A DNA stretch of 64,000 nt from the NCBI GenBank assembly GCA_944358415.1, contig CALVRA010000006.1:4142-68141 (forward strand), in the 5' to 3' direction. Below the pieces are notes generated by a model. It worked only from the letters and a program-made list of their open reading frames with translations. It did not search any database and was not told where the DNA came from. Positions 50,811 through 60,728 of the stretch are shown piece after piece. The DNA is from an uncultured Bacilli bacterium (GTDB taxonomy: Bacteria > Bacillota_I > Bacilli_A > RF39 > UBA660). The translations under genes and the position numbers were made by a program. How positions within the stretch are numbered: position 1 is the stretch's first letter; every line of letters begins with the position of its first letter.

Positions 50811-51947
50811 TTGAAAAAAATTTTGTTTTTACAAATAAAAGGTAATTCTTTAGGTGGTGTTTGGTTTGTAAATAAGGCTTTAGGTGAGGAGTTTATTAAA
50901 AGAGGTTATCATGCTGAAGTTTTAGCTATTCGTAATAACCATCCTGGGATTGAGATTAATGATACACCTTTAAAAATTAATGTTATTAATAATGATGATT
51001 TATGGGAAATTGTTCATCGAAGAGATGTGTTAAAGTCTTTAGGTAAAAATTTTTGGAAAACTTTCAAACAATATAGAATAGATAAAGAAAAACTAAATGA
51101 AGATTACAGTAAAATGAGTGAATTTATTAAAAGTTATAGGCCTGATTATATTATTGCATCACATTATCAAACTTTATTTGGTGTTCCTTTAGAATATTTA
51201 TCTAAGGTTATATTTGTACAGCATTCTTCTTTTAAATATTTACTTGATGATAAATATGGTGTGAAAGTTTTGAAAAAATTTAATGATAAAATTGGAAAAA
51301 TGTGCTGGCTAAGTGATTCTACGATGAAATTAGCTGAGAAATTTGGGTTTAAAAATAATACTTTTATTTATAATCCAAATAAATTTACTACTTTTAAACA
51401 AGCTGATGTTGTTAATAACAAAAAAATAGTGGTAATAACAAGAATTCATCCAGAAAAGAGAATTGATTTGATGATTTCAATGGTTAATGATATATTTATG
51501 AATAGTAAGTTTCGTGATTGGAAGTTTGAAATATATGGTACTGGAAGCTTTAATGAGAAATCTCAAAATATTTTAAAAGATAGTAAACAGATTTTTTATA
51601 AAGGTGTGACTAACGATGTTAGTAGTGTGCTTTTGTCTTCGTCAATTACTTTGAATACCTCTATTTATGAAGGATTTTCACTTAGTATTATAGAAGGATA
51701 TACATGTGGTATTCCAGTAATTTCTTTTGATTTTGGTGAATCTGTATATGAAGAGATAAGAGATGGTAAGACTGGATTTGTTGTAAAGCAAGGAGATATT
51801 GAAACTTTTAAATTAAAATTGATAAATGTATTAAGTAATTTAAAATTATTAAAACAGATGAGTGATGAGTCTAAAAAATTTTCTAAAGAGTTTAATATTA
51901 AGGTGATTGTTGATAAATGGGAGGATTTATTTAAGATAGTTAATTAG
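50811..51947 (+). CDS. GT4 (GT-B fold) glycosyltransferase
   Basis: GGV, RIHPEKRID, TSIYEGFSLSIIEG; TTG start likely (track start 50790). Confidence 0.88.
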   Translation: MKKILFLQIKGNSLGGVWFVNKALGEEFIKRGYHAEVLAIRNNHPGIEINDTPLKINVINNDDLWEIVHRRDVLKSLGKNFWKTFKQYRIDKEKLNEDYSKMSEFIKSYRPDYIIASHYQTLFGVPLEYLSKVIFVQHSSFKYLLDDKYGVKVLKKFNDKIGKMCWLSDSTMKLAEKFGFKNNTFIYNPNKFTTFKQADVVNNKKIVVITRIHPEKRIDLMISMVNDIFMNSKFRDWKFEIYGTGSFNEKSQNILKDSKQIFYKGVTNDVSSVLLSSSITLNTSIYEGFSLSIIEGYTCGIPVISFDFGESVYEEIRDGKTGFVVKQGDIETFKLKLINVLSNLKLLKQMSDESKKFSKEFNIKVIVDKWEDLFKIVN

Positions 51948-51961
51948 AAAGTAGGGAGTTT

Positions 51962-52918
51962 ATGCCTAAAATAAGTGTGGTTGTACCTGTTTATAATACT
52001 CAACAATATTTAGATAAATGTTTAAACAGTTTAGCATATCAAACTTTAAAGGATATTGAAATTATTGTTGTAAATGATGGATCTACTGATGATAGTCAAA
52101 AAATTATTGATGAATATGTGAAAAGATTTCCTAATAAATTTTTAAGCTTTGTTAAGCCAAATGGTGGTCTTAGTGATGCAAGAAATTATGGTATTAAAAA
52201 AGCTACTGGTGAGTATATTGGTTTTGTGGATAGTGATGATTATGTTAATTTAGACATGTATGAAAGTATGTATAAAAAAGCTAAAGAAGGAAATTTTGAT
52301 ATTGTTGTTTGTGATGTTAGATATGTTTATAATGATTTTTCTAAAGAAGTTTCATCTTTGGTTTTGAATGACATTTATAATAAAGATGATGTAAAAAAAC
52401 AGATGGTTAGTATTTATCCAGCTGCTTGGAACAAAATTTATAAGAGAGAATTTTTTGATACTGTTTTATTTAAAAAAGGAATTTGGTATGAGGATGTTGA
52501 ATTTTTGTATAAATTACTTCCTTATGTGAATACTATTGGAACTGTTCAAAAGCCTTTTGTTAATTATGTACAAAGAGAAGGTGCAATAACAAGTACTTTT
52601 GATAGTAGAGTTTACAATTATATTGATAATTTTAATGGTTTAGTTGAATTTTACAAGAAAAATGGTTTGTATGATGAATATTATTTTGAATTAGAATATT
52701 GTTATGTTAGGTATTTATATATGACTTTTATTAAATCAGCTTGTCATTTTGATAAAAAGGAATATAAAAAAGCGTGTATAATTGCTAAAAAAAATGTGTT
52801 AGAAAAATTTCCTAATTATAAAAAAAATAAATATATAAATGGTTTGTCTGGGTTTTATTTGAAACATTTTAATTTTGTTACACAAAAATTAGTTTATTTA
52901 TATTATAATAAGCGTTAA
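51962..52918 (+). CDS. GT2 glycosyltransferase
   Basis: ISVVVPVYN, NDGSTD, NGGLSDARN, FVDSDD, WYED. Confidence 0.92.
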   Translation: MPKISVVVPVYNTQQYLDKCLNSLAYQTLKDIEIIVVNDGSTDDSQKIIDEYVKRFPNKFLSFVKPNGGLSDARNYGIKKATGEYIGFVDSDDYVNLDMYESMYKKAKEGNFDIVVCDVRYVYNDFSKEVSSLVLNDIYNKDDVKKQMVSIYPAAWNKIYKREFFDTVLFKKGIWYEDVEFLYKLLPYVNTIGTVQKPFVNYVQREGAITSTFDSRVYNYIDNFNGLVEFYKKNGLYDEYYFELEYCYVRYLYMTFIKSACHFDKKEYKKACIIAKKNVLEKFPNYKKNKYINGLSGFYLKHFNFVTQKLVYLYYNKR

Positions 52919-52936
52919 TATAGGAGGACTTTTTGA

Positions 52937-53272
52937 ATGAGAAAATTAAAATTATATTGCCAAAAATTAAAAGATATGAATATTTTTGAAAATAAATATT
53001 TTTCTTTTATTATTATTTTCTTTTTTGCTGTTTTACTTATGTGGCCTACTATTAGAGGAAGTGTTAGAATAGGGGATGATGGCTTTTTTCATTTAGCAAA
53101 TATTAAAGTGATTGCTGATGGATTGCCATTTTCTATTTTTAGTAAAATTTTACCTGATATTGCAAATAATTTTGGTTTTGGAGTGGGAATTTTTTATCCG
53201 CCTTTGCCACATATTGTTGGAGCGTTTATTTATAAATTTATAAAGTATAATACTGGTGGTTCTCATGTATGA
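52937..53272 (+). pseudogene. Truncated N-terminal fragment of a paralog of the 33639-35306 GT-C gene
   Basis: DDGFFHLANI...FGFGVGIFYPP aligns with HDSLYHYINI...FGWGSGIFYPS, then ends after 111 aa. Confidence 0.65.
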
Positions 53273-54860
53273 AATATTTTCTAACGTTTTAGTAATTTTA
53301 GCTATTTTATTAATAATTTTAGCTTTATTTAAAAAAGAAAAAAATAATAATGTGGTATTTGATTTTGTTAATAAACATTATAAACTTTGTTTAATGTTTG
53401 TATTTATATTATTTTTGTTTTCAAGATTGTATTTATTTGGAATGGTACCTAATACTATGCATATTGATGAGGCTTCTTTGGCATATAATGCATATAGTAT
53501 TGTGACTGATGGAGTGGATAGATATACTAATCTTTTTCCAATCTATTTTATGAATTTTGAGGGTGGACAAAGCGCACTTTATACTTATTTAGCTGCTTTA
53601 TTTATTAAATTATTTGGTTATAGTGTTATTACTGTGCGACTTCCTGCTTTAATTTTTGGTTTTTTAACTTTAGTATTTGGTTATTTACTTGCAAAAGAAG
53701 TTGCTGGAAGGAAGATGGGAATTTTAGTGGCATTTTTAATTACAATTTGCCCTTATTTTATTCAAGCTTCAAGATGGGGTCTTGATTGTAATTTAATGCT
53801 TGGGATGTTTACTATGTCTAGTTATTTGTTATTAAAGGCAATTAATAGTGAAAATAAATTTAAATTTTTACTAGCTGGATGTATGTTTGGTTTAACTTTT
53901 TATTCTTATGCACTTTCATACTTATTAGTTCCACTTTGTTTACTTTTGGTATTGATTTATTTAATTTATACGAAAAAAATCAATTTTAAAAATTTTCTAT
54001 GTTTTGTATGTCCATTGATTATTTTGGCATTACCACTTATTTTAAATGTTCTTATTAATATGGGACTAATCGGTGAAATTCATACAAGATTTTTTTCTAT
54101 TCCAAAAATGAGAAGCGATAGGGTAAGTGAGATTGGGTTTTCAAATTTGTTGGAAAATTTATTTGATTTAAAGAATTATTTAATAGGTGATGGTATTTTG
54201 TTTAATGCTATCCCAACATATGGACCTTTATATTTATTTTCAGTACCGTTTGTTTTATTTGGAATATTTATTTGTTTTAAAAAATTAATTATTTCGTTAA
54301 AAGAAAAATATTTTTGTAATTATAGTTATATTTTAATTTTATTTTTTTCTTTTGTTTTAGGTTTACTTTTGATATTTAATGCGAAATATTTAAATAAAGG
54401 GAATGCATTATTTATTGTTTTAGTTATTTTTTTAGCTATTGGACTTGCTTTTTGTTTTAAACGGTTAAAATATTCTTTTTTAATTTTAATTTTATATTTA
54501 ATTTATTTTGGGAGTTTTTTAAATAATTATTTTTATGTAAGTTATACCCCATCTTCATTTGCAAAAGAAATAAATTATATGAATGCTTTAGAAGATGCGG
54601 ATTTAAAAAATAAAGAAATTTATTCTATTAATTTAGATGTTCTTAGATGGACTAATGTATGGGCCGGACTTGGTTTAAAGATTGCTCCATGGTATTATAG
54701 AGAAGATGCTAAATGTTTTGATAAAATATGTTTTTATGTTCCATTTGAAAATGAGGATGATAAAATATATATTGTGTTAGAAGAAAGGGCATATAATTTA
54801 ATTGATGATGGCTTTACTTGTAAAAAATATGGAAATATTTATGAATGTTTTAAAGAATAA
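53265..54860 (+). CDS. ArnT/PMT-like (GT39/GT83) GT-C glycosyltransferase
   Basis: HIDEASLAYNAYSI, GQSALYTYL, VRLP, SRWGLDCN. Confidence 0.8.
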   Translation: MYEIFSNVLVILAILLIILALFKKEKNNNVVFDFVNKHYKLCLMFVFILFLFSRLYLFGMVPNTMHIDEASLAYNAYSIVTDGVDRYTNLFPIYFMNFEGGQSALYTYLAALFIKLFGYSVITVRLPALIFGFLTLVFGYLLAKEVAGRKMGILVAFLITICPYFIQASRWGLDCNLMLGMFTMSSYLLLKAINSENKFKFLLAGCMFGLTFYSYALSYLLVPLCLLLVLIYLIYTKKINFKNFLCFVCPLIILALPLILNVLINMGLIGEIHTRFFSIPKMRSDRVSEIGFSNLLENLFDLKNYLIGDGILFNAIPTYGPLYLFSVPFVLFGIFICFKKLIISLKEKYFCNYSYILILFFSFVLGLLLIFNAKYLNKGNALFIVLVIFLAIGLAFCFKRLKYSFLILILYLIYFGSFLNNYFYVSYTPSSFAKEINYMNALEDADLKNKEIYSINLDVLRWTNVWAGLGLKIAPWYYREDAKCFDKICFYVPFENEDDKIYIVLEERAYNLIDDGFTCKKYGNIYECFKE

Positions 54861-54882
54861 GTTTTATGTGATAAAATAGTAG

Positions 54883-55833
54883 ATGAGGTGGAGTATGAAA
54901 AAGATTTCATTAGTAGTTCCTTGTTATAATGAGGAAGAAGTTATTGAACTATTTTATAAGGAAATTCAAAAGGTAAAAAAAGACTTTGATAATGTTTTAT
55001 TCGAAATTATATTTGTGAATGATGGAAGTAGTGATAATACTCTTAAGTTGATGCGTGAGCTTTCAAAAAATGATGATGTGAGATATATTTCTTTTTCTCG
55101 TAATTTTGGCAAGGAGGCAGCAATGTATGCAGGGCTAGAAGCTTCTACTGGTGATTATGTAGCCATCATGGATGCAGATTTACAAGATCCACCAGCTTTG
55201 CTTAAAGAAATGTATGAAATTTTAGAGTCAGGTGAGTATGATAGTGTAGCTACTAGAAGGGTAAGCCGTAAAGGAGAACCTTTAATTCGTAGTTTTTTTG
55301 CGAGGAAGTATTATAAACTAATTAATAAAATATCAAAGACGGAAATTGTTGACGGAGCAAGAGATTTTAGATTGATGACTAGGAAAATGGTTAATTCTGT
55401 TTTATCTTTGAAAGAGTATAACCGTTTTTCAAAAGGGATTTTTTCTTGGGTAGGTTATAGAACTAAATGGCTTGAATATGAAAATGTTGAAAGAGCTGCC
55501 GGAAAAACTAAATGGTCTTTCTTTAAACTATTTTTATATTCTTTAGAAAGTATTGTTGCTTTTTCAACAGCTCCACTTTCTATTGCCTCTGTTTTTGGTA
55601 TATTATTTTGTTTTATAGCATTTATAATTATAATTTTAATTATTGTTAGGACTTTGATTTTTGGTGATCCTACTAGTGGTTGGCCAAGTATGGCGTGTAT
55701 TATGTTTTTGATTGGAGGAGTACAATTACTTTGTACGGGAATTATTGGACAGTATTTATCTAAAACTTATTTGGAAATAAAGAAAAGACCTATATATATA
55801 GTGGCTGAGACTGATGAGGATTATAAAGATTAG
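54883..55833 (+). CDS. GtrB-like polyprenyl-phosphate glycosyltransferase (GT2)
   Basis: VPCYNEE, FSRNFGKEAA, DADLQDPP, DFRLM, two C-terminal TM, RPIYIV. Confidence 0.9.
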   Translation: MRWSMKKISLVVPCYNEEEVIELFYKEIQKVKKDFDNVLFEIIFVNDGSSDNTLKLMRELSKNDDVRYISFSRNFGKEAAMYAGLEASTGDYVAIMDADLQDPPALLKEMYEILESGEYDSVATRRVSRKGEPLIRSFFARKYYKLINKISKTEIVDGARDFRLMTRKMVNSVLSLKEYNRFSKGIFSWVGYRTKWLEYENVERAAGKTKWSFFKLFLYSLESIVAFSTAPLSIASVFGILFCFIAFIIIILIIVRTLIFGDPTSGWPSMACIMFLIGGVQLLCTGIIGQYLSKTYLEIKKRPIYIVAETDEDYKD

Positions 55834-56943
55834 GTGGTTTTTATGAAGGATAGAAATATTGGATTAGATTTGATTAGGTGTATTGCAGTTTTATTTGTTA
55901 TTTTTGTCCATTTCTTTTTACATAGTTCATTTTATTCTACTAACTTAGGCGGTATAGGTGGTTTTTTATTAAATATTTTTAGATGGTTATTTTTTATTTG
56001 TGTGCCTTTATTTTTATTACTTACTGGATATTTAAATAATAATACTAAATTGGATAAAAATTATATATATAAATTATTTAAAGTTTTAATTAGTTATACA
56101 ATTATTGGAATAATATGTTTAGTATTTAAAAAACTATATTTAAATCAAGATATTACAATTATTCGTGGGATTATTAGTTTATTTAATTTTTCAGCGGTTG
56201 ATTATGCTTGGTATGTTGAAATGTTTGTTGGTTTATTTTTGTTGATTCCTTTTTTAAATATTTTATATCAAAGGTTGGAGACAAAGGAAAATAGAATCAA
56301 GCTTATTGTGGTTTTATTTATTGTATGTTCTTTAACGACGACGTTTAGGGTATTTCATCCAGCAAGATATACGTTAAATTTATTTTCTAATTATTGGGCT
56401 TCAGCTTATCCACTTTTATATTTTTACATAGGAAAATTTTTAAAGGATTATCCAATTAATATGAAAAAAACTAAGATGTTTTTCATATTAATATTTTTAT
56501 TAATTTTGCAGTCTACATTGGTTTATGTAAATTATCGTAATCATACAGACTTGTTTTTTGGGATAGATTATTCTAATTTATTTACTGTTTTAATATCAGT
56601 TTTATTATTTAGTATAGTGCTTAAAATAAATTTGAAAAATAGAATATTTATGAGAATTATTACTTTAATTTCTTTAGTATCATTTGAAATGTATTTAATG
56701 TCATTTATTGTTGATACTATAGTATATACTGAACTTAATTTTTCTTTTAATAGTACTTTAGATTATTTTAAGAATTTTGTTATTTCAGCGCCTATTATAT
56801 TATTTTTTACATTTGTATTATCATTTATCGTTAATAAATTTTCAAATTTAATTTATAAAAAGTTTAGAAGTGTATATGATAGAATATGCTTATTTATAAG
56901 CAGTAGTTTTAAGAAAGTTATAAAAAAAATAAATTCACATTAA
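55834..56943 (+). CDS. Acyltransferase-3 family protein
   Basis: GLDLIRCIA...H, CVPLFLLLTGY, YAWYVEM. Confidence 0.88.
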   Translation: MVFMKDRNIGLDLIRCIAVLFVIFVHFFLHSSFYSTNLGGIGGFLLNIFRWLFFICVPLFLLLTGYLNNNTKLDKNYIYKLFKVLISYTIIGIICLVFKKLYLNQDITIIRGIISLFNFSAVDYAWYVEMFVGLFLLIPFLNILYQRLETKENRIKLIVVLFIVCSLTTTFRVFHPARYTLNLFSNYWASAYPLLYFYIGKFLKDYPINMKKTKMFFILIFLLILQSTLVYVNYRNHTDLFFGIDYSNLFTVLISVLLFSIVLKINLKNRIFMRIITLISLVSFEMYLMSFIVDTIVYTELNFSFNSTLDYFKNFVISAPIILFFTFVLSFIVNKFSNLIYKKFRSVYDRICLFISSSFKKVIKKINSH

Positions 56944-56952
56944 TCCGTGAAT

Positions 56953-57375
56953 TTATTTTTTAAATACAAGTAGTTTTGCAAGTACATAATTGGCGATGGT
57001 TACAAATACTTGGACAATTAATTTACTTATGGTATCGTCTATATGCATTAGACTATATAGTATATACATTAGGATCATATCCATGATTAATGAGGCAATT
57101 CTTGATGAATAGAATTTTATAGCTTCTTTTAATTTTTCTTTGTTTTGAGATTTACTTTTAAAAACAAATATTCTATTAGTAAAATAGGCAAAGGTGACGG
57201 CACATATCCAAGATAAAACGTTTGATATTTGAATGCTTAAATCTGATTTATTTGGGAATAGAGCATTTACAAATATTAAATAACTTCCTAATGAGACAAA
57301 TGTTGTTAGGAATCCTACTATTAGATAATTTAATATTTCCTCGTGTTTTGAATAAATATTTTTAATTTTCTTCAT
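56953..57375 (-). CDS. GtrA-family lipid-sugar flippase
   Basis: YLIVGFLTT, FAYFTNRIFVFK, NYVLAKLLVF; likely start MKKIKN (track start 57399). Confidence 0.88.
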   Translation of the reverse strand: MKKIKNIYSKHEEILNYLIVGFLTTFVSLGSYLIFVNALFPNKSDLSIQISNVLSWICAVTFAYFTNRIFVFKSKSQNKEKLKEAIKFYSSRIASLIMDMILMYILYSLMHIDDTISKLIVQVFVTIANYVLAKLLVFKK

Positions 57376-58333
57376 GTTTTTTCTCCTTTTGATTATCAAT
57401 TATTTCTTTGGCAATATATATTGGCCTTTTTTTAGTTTCAACATAAGTTCTAGCTAAATATTCACCAATTATACCAATGCATAATAACTGAATTCCGCCT
57501 AGTAATAAAATTAAAGCGACAATAGTGGCATATCCTTCAATGTTGATTTGGAAAAATATTTTTTGAATAATTACAACGATTAAATATATTATTGAAAGTA
57601 GTGAGAAGAATAGTCCTAGGATTGTTGATAACCTTAGTGGGGAAGTGGTAAAAGAAACAATACCGTTGATGGCGTATTTGAATAGTTTCCAAAATGACCA
57701 TTTTGAACTTCCATTAATTCTTTGATGTACTTCATAAGGCATATAATATACATTATATCCTACCCAGGAGAAAATTCCTTTAGAAAATCTATAATATTCA
57801 GTTAGTTCTAAGATTGAATTAACGACGTTTTTTCTAAATGTTCTAAAGTCACTAGCACCATTTACAAATTCTATTTCAGACATTTTGTTAATTATTTTGT
57901 AAAATGATTTTTTGAAAAAAGCAAGCACTTTACTTTCGTGACGCTGTTTTTGATAAGCTGTTACAATATCATAGTCTGGATTTTTTTCTAAAAATTCAAC
58001 CATATCTAAGGTGAATTTTGGGTCTTGCTGCAGGTCTGCGTCAATGATATTTATATAATCACCTTTGGCTTCTTTTAGACCAGCATAAATACCAGCTTCT
58101 TTACCAAAATTTCTTGAAAAATTAATTATTTTTATATTTTGATTATGATTTTTAGCTATTTCTTTTAATTCATTTAAAGTATTATCTTTGCTGCCATCGT
58201 TTATAAAAATAATTTCGTAAGAATACTTATTTTTAAAAATTTCTTCTACTTTTTTTGCAAATAATTTTACATTTCCTTCTTCATTATAACAAGGAACTAC
58301 TAATGATACTTTCATATTTACGACCTCTTTCAA
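57362..58333 (-). CDS. GtrB-like polyprenyl-phosphate glycosyltransferase (GT2)
   Basis: VPCYNEE, FSRNFGKEAG, DADLQQDP, SDFR, RPIYI; coupled to gtrA-like gene. Confidence 0.9.
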   Translation of the reverse strand: MKEVVNMKVSLVVPCYNEEGNVKLFAKKVEEIFKNKYSYEIIFINDGSKDNTLNELKEIAKNHNQNIKIINFSRNFGKEAGIYAGLKEAKGDYINIIDADLQQDPKFTLDMVEFLEKNPDYDIVTAYQKQRHESKVLAFFKKSFYKIINKMSEIEFVNGASDFRTFRKNVVNSILELTEYYRFSKGIFSWVGYNVYYMPYEVHQRINGSSKWSFWKLFKYAINGIVSFTTSPLRLSTILGLFFSLLSIIYLIVVIIQKIFFQINIEGYATIVALILLLGGIQLLCIGIIGEYLARTYVETKKRPIYIAKEIIDNQKEKKHEEN

Positions 58334-58408
58334 TTTAATTATATCTTATATGGATTAAAATTTCTAGAGGTTTTATGAAAAGAAGAAAAAAAGGAAGTAA
58401 TTTTCCTT

Positions 58409-59401
58409 TTAATTTTCAGCTTCTTCTAACATATTTGTAATGAAAATTCCATAACCTTTATGTGTGTCATTTACAACGACATGAGTGACGGCGCCTATAA
58501 TATTGTCTCCTTGAATAATAGGAGAGCCACTCATACCTTGGATGATTCCGCCTGTTTTATCAAGTAATGTTTGGTCGGTTATTTCAAATACAAAATTTTT
58601 GGTTTTTTGATTTTTATCATTAATTTGAATAATATTAATTTCATATTCTTTTACATTGGTGTCATCTAAAACTGTTAATATATGTGCTTTCCCTTTTTTT
58701 ATTTCATTAGGTTTGGCAACATGATAAGTTTTGTTGTGGTTTATTTTAGATGTATATTCCCCAAATATTCCTCTAACTGTATTTTCATCTACTGTTCCTT
58801 TGGTATCGCTTTTGTTATATTCAGCTTTTTTTTCACCTGGTGATCCATCGGTACTTGGAAGAATACCAGTAACTTTGGATGCGAAGATTGTACCATCTTT
58901 AGTTTCAAAGATTTCACCAGTTGTTTGTTCTTGTATTTCATGACCTAATGCACCAAATTTTTTGGTTTCTGGATCGATGAAAGTTAATGTTCCTATGCCG
59001 GTAACACTATCTTTGACATATAGTCCTGTTTTGTATATATTATTTTCATCTTTATAAAGGGTTAAAGTTGTGTTTTTTTCTTTATTATTATCGTTATAAG
59101 TTATTTCAATATTTTCATTTTGTGCTTTGTTTATTTCAGTGGCCATGTCTTCAATACTAGAAACTGAATTACCATTTATTTTTTTAATAATATCTCCTTT
59201 TTTTAAGCCGGCTTTTTGGGCAGGAGATGTATTATTTACGTCATAGGTTCCAACAATTAGAATACCATCTGATTTCAAGGATATACCAATATTTTGTCCA
59301 CCAGCAATAATTCTATCTGAATAAGCTAGGGCATTTATTGGTATAATAGTAAGTAATAGAAGAAGCACGAAGATAGATTTTTTAAATTTTTTTAAAAACA
59401 A
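58409..59401 (-). CDS. spoIVB: SpoIVB peptidase (PDZ + S55)
   Basis: GGQNIGI, PAQKAGL, GIGTLTF, FGALGH, TGGIIQGMSGSPIIQ, GAVTHV. Confidence 0.93.
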   Translation of the reverse strand: MFLKKFKKSIFVLLLLLTIIPINALAYSDRIIAGGQNIGISLKSDGILIVGTYDVNNTSPAQKAGLKKGDIIKKINGNSVSSIEDMATEINKAQNENIEITYNDNNKEKNTTLTLYKDENNIYKTGLYVKDSVTGIGTLTFIDPETKKFGALGHEIQEQTTGEIFETKDGTIFASKVTGILPSTDGSPGEKKAEYNKSDTKGTVDENTVRGIFGEYTSKINHNKTYHVAKPNEIKKGKAHILTVLDDTNVKEYEINIIQINDKNQKTKNFVFEITDQTLLDKTGGIIQGMSGSPIIQGDNIIGAVTHVVVNDTHKGYGIFITNMLEEAEN

Positions 59402-59485
59402 ATAATCATCTCCTATATATGAATCAGACTACATTATTATTATGGTTTAATATTTTAAAAAAAGTATTAGAAGTTTATGGAATTT

Positions 59486-59517
59486 AAAAACGTCTACTAA
59501 TTTAGTAAACGCTTTTT
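59486..59517. terminator. Terminator of the small peptide gene
   Basis: AAAAACGTCTACTAA-t-TTAGTAAACGCTTTTT. Confidence 0.65.
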
Positions 59518-59605
59518 ATACATATACGAATAAACCAGCGATGAAAAATGCAATTATACCAATAAGCATTATCCATACGGCTATTTTTTGAACTTTAGGA
59601 CTCAC
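59516..59605 (-). CDS. 29-aa single-TM mini-protein (Prli42/DUF4044-like)
   Basis: GTG start after AAGAGGTGA RBS; MSPKVQKIAVWIMLIGIIAFFIAGLFVYV*; below the ORF-track size cutoff. Confidence 0.75.
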   Translation of the reverse strand: MSPKVQKIAVWIMLIGIIAFFIAGLFVYV

Positions 59606-59694
59606 TTAAATTCACCTCTTATTAATTATATAATATTTTTTTTATTTTTGGAATATTTTTTCTTTAAATGAGTATAATTTGATGAGGGATAAAT

Positions 59695-60324
59695 ATGAAA
59701 AAAATTTTAAGCAAGATAAGAAGTAATATACGAATTAATAAAAATTTATTTATTTTTTTATTAGTTATTGTAATGGTTGGACTAGCATCTGGAAGTGTTT
59801 TTGTGACAATTTTAAATAATGATGATAAATTGATGGTTAGTGAATATTTAAATAATTTTTTAACTAATTTGAATGGAAATAATTTAAATTATAGTGGTAC
59901 TTTTGTAAATACTTTGATTTTTACGATTGGCGCGGTTATACTTATTTGGTTACTTGGAATATCAGTTATTGGTTTTGCTTTGATTTTGATATTTTTATTT
60001 ATTAAAGCATTTTCTTTGGGGTTTTCGGTAGCTAGTATTATTGTTAATTTTAATTTTAAGGGTGTTTTGATTTCACTTGCGTATACGATACCACATCATG
60101 TTATAAATATGATGGTTTATATTTTAATTTCTTCTTATGCTTTGGTTTTATCTTATAAGTTAATAAGTAGTTTTACAAAAAAGAAAAATTTTAATTTTAA
60201 AGATATTTTTAATAGATATTCGTTTATTCTTTTATTTTCGGTTATTATTTTATTTATAAGTAGTTTATATGAGGTTTATGGTGCGCCAATTGTTGTGAAA
60301 TTTGTGGTTTCTATTTTAAATTAA
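59695..60324 (+). CDS. spoIIM: Stage II sporulation protein M
   Basis: IWLLGISVIG...FIKAFSLGFSV...IPHH...YEVY pattern; multi-TM. Confidence 0.85.
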   Translation: MKKILSKIRSNIRINKNLFIFLLVIVMVGLASGSVFVTILNNDDKLMVSEYLNNFLTNLNGNNLNYSGTFVNTLIFTIGAVILIWLLGISVIGFALILIFLFIKAFSLGFSVASIIVNFNFKGVLISLAYTIPHHVINMMVYILISSYALVLSYKLISSFTKKKNFNFKDIFNRYSFILLFSVIILFISSLYEVYGAPIVVKFVVSILN

Positions 60325-60365
60325 ATATAGCATTTTAGCTATTTTTTTTGTATAATATCTAGTAG

Positions 60366-60728
60366 GTGATTTATGTGTTATATGCTGTTATTGCAATTCT
60401 TTTGCCAAGTGTTTTTGGTTTAAAATTACTTGATTATTTAAAGAGGGGAATTAGTTTAAAAAATTCTTTTTATTATTATATGATTTTACTTTTGGGTTCA
60501 TCTTTTATTAATAATATTTTGTCATATTTTTTCTTTGATATTAATAGTAATCTTATTGATAATTTTATTTATCCGATATTTTTTAGTAAGTATGTATTAA
60601 TGTCTGTCTTTGTTAATACGATTATTGTTTTGATTATTATTGTTTTACAAAATAATATTCAACTTGAAGTAAAGGTTAAAAAAGTTGGTGATTTAAATGG
60701 AAAAAGTAAAAAGAAAAAGAATTCTTAA
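60366..60728 (+). CDS. Hypothetical membrane protein (3 TM)
   Basis: Hydrophobic ORF overlapping the start of the next gene. Confidence 0.6.
   Translation: MIYVLYAVIAILLPSVFGLKLLDYLKRGISLKNSFYYYMILLLGSSFINNILSYFFFDINSNLIDNFIYPIFFSKYVLMSVFVNTIIVLIIIVLQNNIQLEVKVKKVGDLNGKSKKKKNS

Noticed and set aside
49856-52260. Near-identical DNA stretches (AATGGTGGTCTTAGTGATGCAAGAAATTATGG) in two GT2 genes as recombination or shufflon sites
   Set aside because: Explained by paralogy at the conserved NGGLSDARN motif; same orientation and no recombinase nearby
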